A stretch of 16,001 nucleotides of DNA. Source: a virus. This document shows, piece after piece, positions 12,907 to 16,001 of this stretch. The notes beneath the pieces are model-generated. The model did not search any database, was not told where the DNA came from, and saw only the letters and a program-made list of their open reading frames with translations. The position numbers were made by a program, and so were the translations under genes. The DNA lies in IMG/VR virus record IMGVR_UViG_3300045988_160359, positions 181,570 through 197,570 of that record; one strand, 5' to 3'. The number at the start of each line of letters is the position of its first letter. Positions within the stretch are counted from its first letter, which is position 1.

Positions 12907-13191
12907 TTAGAAATTGACGTGCGCGTCTACCTGAACGCTATATACAGCCTTGGGTTTCATCTCAGCGAAAGCAACCCACTCTTGATGCCCCTGTTCAGCT
13001 CTCGCTCTATCAGGATATCGCTGAACGATGATAATATCGCCATCGCCCTTCCACATAGCGGTTTCATAGCCCTGGTCCACAGTATCACAAGTGTCAATGG
13101 TATAATCGCCAATAACATCGTGACCCACCTTATCAGCCTTTGAATAATCATTATTCATAATACCGAACATCAAATCAAACAAAGAATCCAT
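12907..13191 (-). CDS. Acidic hypothetical protein (~94 aa, MDSLFDLMFGIMNNDYSKADKV...)
   Basis: Track ORF 12907..13215 is extended. The ATG at 13189-13191 follows a perfect AAGGAGGTACAGT RBS. Confidence 0.75.
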   Translation of the reverse strand: MDSLFDLMFGIMNNDYSKADKVGHDVIGDYTIDTCDTVDQGYETAMWKGDGDIIIVQRYPDRARAEQGHQEWVAFAEMKPKAVYSVQVDAHVNF

Positions 13192-13202
13192 ACTGTACCT
13201 CC

Positions 13203-13595
13203 TTACGGCGCCCAATCTATCGGCTCAATCTCCATCCACCATCCGGCTCTAAACCAACTGGTGAGAGGATTTGACCGAGCCCTCTGACATCTATATACTC
13301 GATAATTAAAATCGTAAACTTTATTATAAATAGTATTGTAGGTAGCTTCATTAGTCTCTGCGTCATCACCATACCGTTCAATGTATCGAACGATATTTGC
13401 GCGTTCCGCATCTATCTGAAACTTATCATAGTCGCAAAGGCGTATAAAGAAACAGACAATGCCTAATGCGAGGAAAGCACAAAGAGCAACTCCTCCGATG
13501 ACACTAATACATTCATTTGTATCAACATCTCGAATCTTATGAAATAGAATGCTACAAATTACAAATACTACAAGAGGCAGCAATAAGAGAATCAT
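13203..13595 (-). CDS. Two-TM membrane protein, paralog 2 of 2 (~130 aa; ...NPLTSWFRAGWWMEIEPIDWAP)
   Basis: The ATG (M3 of the track ORF) is in 4-nt ATGA overlap with the upstream stop, 6 nt after AAGGAGG. Two hydrophobic helices precede a soluble C-terminal domain ending in the TSWFxxxW motif shared with 13592..13996. Confidence 0.8.
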   Translation of the reverse strand: MILLLLPLVVFVICSILFHKIRDVDTNECISVIGGVALCAFLALGIVCFFIRLCDYDKFQIDAERANIVRYIERYGDDAETNEATYNTIYNKVYDFNYRVYRCQRARSNPLTSWFRAGWWMEIEPIDWAP

Positions 13596-13996
13596 TTCCA
13601 TCCTCCTTCTGGAAATTCTACGGTAGTTAGGTCAGCCATCCAAGAGCGACCAAACCAAGAAGTCCATTCGTTGTTATAAGTATCGCGCATCGAGATAACC
13701 AATTCATTGTATTCATCTACATCGTGGACGAGTTCCGAGGTCAGACGAGCATCTTTGCGCCAATACTCATCATTAATACGCAGTTCAAGGAGCGCACGCT
13801 CCTTATCCATCGCGTCTTGGGTGCGGAGGTCAGAATCAAATGGCGTACAGGCACACATCGCCCCGCACACAATAAGACCAATCGCACAGCAAACCGCAAT
13901 TAAGAGAAAAGCCATAGAAATATCACGGTTTTCAAACTTATGGCACAGATAAGCGCTGATAATAAATACTATAATAAACAAAATAGTAGTTAGCAT
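13592..13996 (-). CDS. Two-TM membrane protein, paralog 1 of 2 (134 aa; ...NNEWTSWFGRSWMADLTTVEFPEGGWK)
   Basis: ATG at 13994-13996 overlaps the upstream stop (ATGCTAA). Helices VFIISAYLCHKFENRD and ISMAFLLIAVCCAIGLIVCGAM align with the paralog. Confidence 0.8.
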   Translation of the reverse strand: MLTTILFIIVFIISAYLCHKFENRDISMAFLLIAVCCAIGLIVCGAMCACTPFDSDLRTQDAMDKERALLELRINDEYWRKDARLTSELVHDVDEYNELVISMRDTYNNEWTSWFGRSWMADLTTVEFPEGGWK

Positions 13997-14184
13997 AGAT
14001 GAACAACCTCCACGATAATTTCAGTGGCTTCCACAATAATTGTTATAGACAGAATATTCAAAACTGCCCAAATGAACCATTTGCCCTGCTCACGGTAATA
14101 TTTAAGTATATGATAGGATTTATACATATAAGCAAAAATAACAACCATACAAAGGGCAAATGTAATAATACCAAAAACAGACAT
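13990..14184 (-). CDS. Two-TM membrane mini-protein (~64 aa)
   Basis: Real ATG is M4 of track ORF 13990..14193, after GGGGTGATTACT. Two hydrophobic helices separated by KSYHILKYYREQGKW. Confidence 0.7.
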   Translation of the reverse strand: MSVFGIITFALCMVVIFAYMYKSYHILKYYREQGKWFIWAVLNILSITIIVEATEIIVEVVHLC

Positions 14185-14189
14185 AGTAA

Positions 14190-14366
14190 TCACCCCTGAA
14201 ATAGATTATAAATAATACAGGCCGCGCAAGCAAGAGCGCCAGTAAGTGGGAGAATAATGCTCCATTTATGATTAAGGTAAGGGTCTTCAATGCTCTCTAA
14301 GCCGATAGCAAGGAGGATAATACCAAAACCAAATAAAAGGAGTTGGTTCAAAATATTGAAAAGCAT
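14190..14366 (-). CDS. Two-TM membrane mini-protein (58 aa, MLFNILNQLLLFGFGIILLAIGLESIEDPYLNHKWSIILPLTGALACAACIIYNLFQG)
   Basis: Not in the track. The ATG is in TAATG overlap with the upstream stop, and its own stop TGA lies in the next gene's RBS. I read the frame codon by codon. Confidence 0.55.
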   Translation of the reverse strand: MLFNILNQLLLFGFGIILLAIGLESIEDPYLNHKWSIILPLTGALACAACIIYNLFQG

Positions 14367-14539
14367 TATAACACCTGTTCCTTTATAAAGAATATAGTCA
14401 TAAGAATAAATCCTATAACCTCAAAAATTACTACTATTCCAAAAGGCCATTCTCCATTTTTAAACGCGCACCACATTGTCTCAATCCCTATACAGATAGA
14501 GCCTCCAAGAACCATAAGGAGAATAAGGTGGAATATCAT
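14366..14539 (-). CDS. Two-TM membrane mini-protein (57 aa, MIFHLILLMVLGGSICIGIETMWCAFKNGEWPFGIVVIFEVIGFILMTIFFIKEQVL)
   Basis: Track ORF 14366..14611 is 5'-extended over the upstream gene. The real ATG at 14537-14539 follows a perfect GGAGGAACGCT RBS, in ATGA overlap with the stop of 14536..14724. Confidence 0.65.
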   Translation of the reverse strand: MIFHLILLMVLGGSICIGIETMWCAFKNGEWPFGIVVIFEVIGFILMTIFFIKEQVL

Positions 14540-14724
14540 AGCGTTCCTCCAATCAATTGAACAATGAGGACAATCCACATAGTAATGAGAGCAACTGCGA
14601 CAAGAATACACATAAATGCTATCATAATATCGAATAATTTACTCTCACTCTTTTCGTGGAGAAATGTATTAAAAAAGAAAAAGCCGATACCTGTGAGAAC
14701 GAGAGCAAACAGTATTTTATTCAT
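14536..14724 (-). CDS. Two-TM membrane mini-protein (62 aa)
   Basis: ATG at 14722-14724 with a GGGGAGGAAG RBS, in ATGA overlap with the phosphoesterase stop. Helices ILFALVLTGIGFFFF and IMIAFMCILVAVALITMWIVLIV. Confidence 0.75.
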   Translation of the reverse strand: MNKILFALVLTGIGFFFFNTFLHEKSESKLFDIMIAFMCILVAVALITMWIVLIVQLIGGTL

Positions 14725-15464
14725 TGCGGCTTCCTCCCCAATCGGTAGCCACGCTTACGAGCGTTATACGTGGCTCTATCAATCGTATCGCGATGAATAG
14801 ATACGATGTTCGCGAGATGGCCTTCTTTCATAAATTTATTGAAATTTATAGGCTCGTAGCCAATCACATCAGCGCATACATTAAAGTGATATTTATCATT
14901 TTTATGAGAGCGGGAATGATCGTGCCCGTGAATATTCATACACCAATCACATCCCTTAATAGGCTCGTGAGAGAGCATCAGCTTCTCTCCAATGACTAAA
15001 ACACCAGTGTATACCTCGTCGAAAAGGCGGTTATCGGCGCTGACTTCCCAGCAAGGAACATTGTCGAGAAAATCATAACTATCGGTAATGGAGTAAGCGC
15101 AATCAGGATAGAGACGCTTCATCTCATCCAATGCTTCGTGCTTCTGGAATAGACCCTTATCAAATTTCTGCCTGAAAATCTGACGCTTATAGTTGGAAGC
15201 ACCAGAATCGTGGTTGCCCATTACGAGAATTTTATACTTGGCACGAAGCTGGCACACATAGGAAATATCGCCAACATCACCAAGGATAATCAGCGTATCA
15301 GCCCTGCCACACTTAGCATTAATGCGTTTCACTTGCTCTTCGGCGGAGGGACGGTCAGCATATACGTGAATGAGGTCGGGGTCATTAAAATGCGTATCTG
15401 AAATAATATGACACGTACCGGACGCGCCCCAATACTGAAACGGCGGGTAGAGACCTTCAATCAT
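14721..15464 (-). CDS. Calcineurin-like metallophosphoesterase (Ser/Thr-phosphatase-like), 247 aa
   Basis: MPP signature motifs occur in order: IISDTHF (DxH), LIILGDVGD (GDxxD), LVMGNHD (GNHD) and NIHGHDH (GHxH). ATG at 15462-15464 with an AAGGAGGAGG RBS. Confidence 0.85.
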   Translation of the reverse strand: MIEGLYPPFQYWGASGTCHIISDTHFNDPDLIHVYADRPSAEEQVKRINAKCGRADTLIILGDVGDISYVCQLRAKYKILVMGNHDSGASNYKRQIFRQKFDKGLFQKHEALDEMKRLYPDCAYSITDSYDFLDNVPCWEVSADNRLFDEVYTGVLVIGEKLMLSHEPIKGCDWCMNIHGHDHSRSHKNDKYHFNVCADVIGYEPINFNKFMKEGHLANIVSIHRDTIDRATYNARKRGYRLGRKPQ

Positions 15465-15466
15465 AG

Positions 15467-15697
15467 TTAATCCTCCTCCTTATAAGCGGGAATTCTCGGC
15501 TGAGGCATCGGAATCTCAGCCCAATAATCAGTATCATCAACAGGATAACTTTTTTCAAGACGCCACCAAACATAGTGGCCTTCGCCTTCATCTTCGAGAC
15601 TACATACATCACAGGCGAAAGGATTGCCCGGCTCGAAACATACGAGAACATCAGTTCCAAGTTCAGGTCGCTTCTCAGAAATCAAATGCCACTTCAT
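15467..15697 (-). CDS. DUF551-like protein (76 aa; MKWHLISEKRPELGTDVLV...DYWAEIPMPQP)
   Basis: The N-terminal MKWxxISEKxPE...VLV and the C-terminal W..IPMP pattern match my memory of the DUF551 family common in enterobacterial phages. GAGGAGGATACGCT RBS. Confidence 0.55.
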   Translation of the reverse strand: MKWHLISEKRPELGTDVLVCFEPGNPFACDVCSLEDEGEGHYVWWRLEKSYPVDDTDYWAEIPMPQPRIPAYKEED

Positions 15698-15709
15698 AGC
15701 GTATCCTCC

Positions 15710-15952
15710 TCACATAATCTCATCGAACGCCTGTTCGATTGCGTCATCTTCCCGATAATGATAACTGTCTTCCAGTTCAATGGCTCGTGCAGCGATTCTA
15801 TCCACACAAGCCTCGGACTCAGGGTAGTTTTCAAGAATATAATCGCGCTTGGTAAGGAAACGATACTCATCGTATGCATCTTTAAGGTCATTCATAGTCA
15901 TCTCAACAGTCTGGCCGTATTCAGTTCTGAAACGCATTACAATATCATTCAT
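15710..15952 (-). CDS. Acidic hypothetical protein (80 aa), first gene of operon H
   Basis: ATG at 15950-15952 directly after the cassette H leader. That leader and the first two codons (MN) are identical to those of the 716..2452 gene. Confidence 0.75.
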   Translation of the reverse strand: MNDIVMRFRTEYGQTVEMTMNDLKDAYDEYRFLTKRDYILENYPESEACVDRIAARAIELEDSYHYREDDAIEQAFDEIM

Positions 15953-15986
15953 TTTGTATCATTTCCTTTCTTCATCTTATATATAT

Positions 15987-16001
15987 ATTATATTATAAAT
16001 T
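15987..16001 (-). promoter_or_regulatory. Promoter cassette copy H (partial; -10 and leader only inside the window)
   Basis: 15947-16001 is identical to 2447-2501 (copy B). By that offset the -10 lies at 15987-15992 and the -35 would be just beyond the window end. Confidence 0.6.

Noticed and set aside
2617-15401. Remaining plus-strand ORFs in the track (2617..3081, 2961..3563, 3253..3543, 3777..4115, 4180..4398, 4691..4906, 5457..5771, 5831..6085, 6929..7114, 7406..7969, 8033..8275, 8291..8755, 8844..9173, 9355..9588, 10365..10685, 10749..10934, 11000..11281, 11606..11788, 12073..12843, 12302..12550, 12895..13143, 13707..13952, 13999..14199, 14343..14567, 14564..14800, 14724..14999, 15210..15401)
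   Set aside because: Every one lies antisense to a minus-strand gene with strong RBS and coupling evidence. None has a plausible SD or promoter, and the products are low-complexity. The whole window reads as a single-strand transcription block.
645-16001. The eight AT-rich repeats as a CRISPR array, a MITE or another mobile element
   Set aside because: Copies are 1-5 kb apart and not separated by short uniform spacers. Each has exact sigma70 hexamer geometry and is followed by an RBS and ATG in a constant orientation. None carries terminal inverted repeats or target-site duplications. They are promoters, possibly spread by recombination.
1-16001. tRNA, rRNA, integrase, attachment sites or a CRISPR array
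   Set aside because: There is no cloverleaf-compatible segment and no rRNA-like conserved block. No tyrosine or serine recombinase motifs occur in any frame. Apart from the promoter cassettes and the terminator hairpins, there are no direct or inverted repeats suggestive of att sites.

Overview
The window is a dense, strictly unidirectional block (every credible gene is on the minus strand) with the organisation of an early or host-takeover region of a virulent dsDNA phage. GC is about 38-40%, except for a GC-rich segment at the left end. It holds roughly 40 short, mostly acidic or cysteine-rich ORFs joined by pervasive translational coupling (ATGA, TAATG and GTGA start/stop overlaps, with GGAGG-type RBSs sitting inside the upstream gene's last codons).

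The dominant non-coding feature is an approximately 55-60 bp cassette present eight times (A-H). Each copy is a canonical sigma70-type promoter, TTGATT-N17-TATAAT, followed by a conserved leader (ATATATATAAG[G/A]T[A/G]AAGGAA...) running up to the start codon. In four copies the cassette directly abuts a strong rho-independent terminator hairpin, so the region is tiled into terminator-promoter units. This resembles the PeSL (promoter-early stem-loop) modules of T4-like phages, although the -35 here is TTGATT and not the T4 early consensus. Two copies (B at about 2447-2501 and H at about 15947-16001) are identical over the 55 nt visible, including the first two codons of the genes they serve.

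Recognisable products:
- an HNH (NUMOD4/HNH_3-type) homing endonuclease carrying its own promoter copy;
- a calcineurin-like metallophosphoesterase (Ser/Thr-phosphatase-like);
- two DUF551-like proteins;
- a lipoprotein with a lipobox, a candidate superinfection-exclusion protein;
- a 496-aa repeat protein with a methionine-rich C-terminal tandem repeat;
- a 578-aa protein with many CxxC motifs whose antisense strand is open for 599 codons;
- several 47-65 aa Zn-ribbon-like mini-proteins;
- a run of about 60-aa two-TM membrane mini-proteins.

At least four tandem paralog families occur: a triplet at 5415-6447, membrane-anchored pairs at 9725-10364 and 13203-13996, and mini-proteins at 11018-11194 and 11592-11735. 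A 57% GC moron gene with its own promoter copy and terminator sits at 141-695. I found no tRNA, rRNA, CRISPR array or integrase. All plus-strand ORFs in the track are antisense artefacts. Several track ORFs are 5'-extended through alternative start codons or are frame chimeras, and I have re-called their starts from RBS and coupling evidence. For a few genes my nucleotide indexing disagreed with the track by 1 nt, so small ORFs not in the track (below about 60 aa) were placed by hand and carry a 1-3 nt uncertainty.
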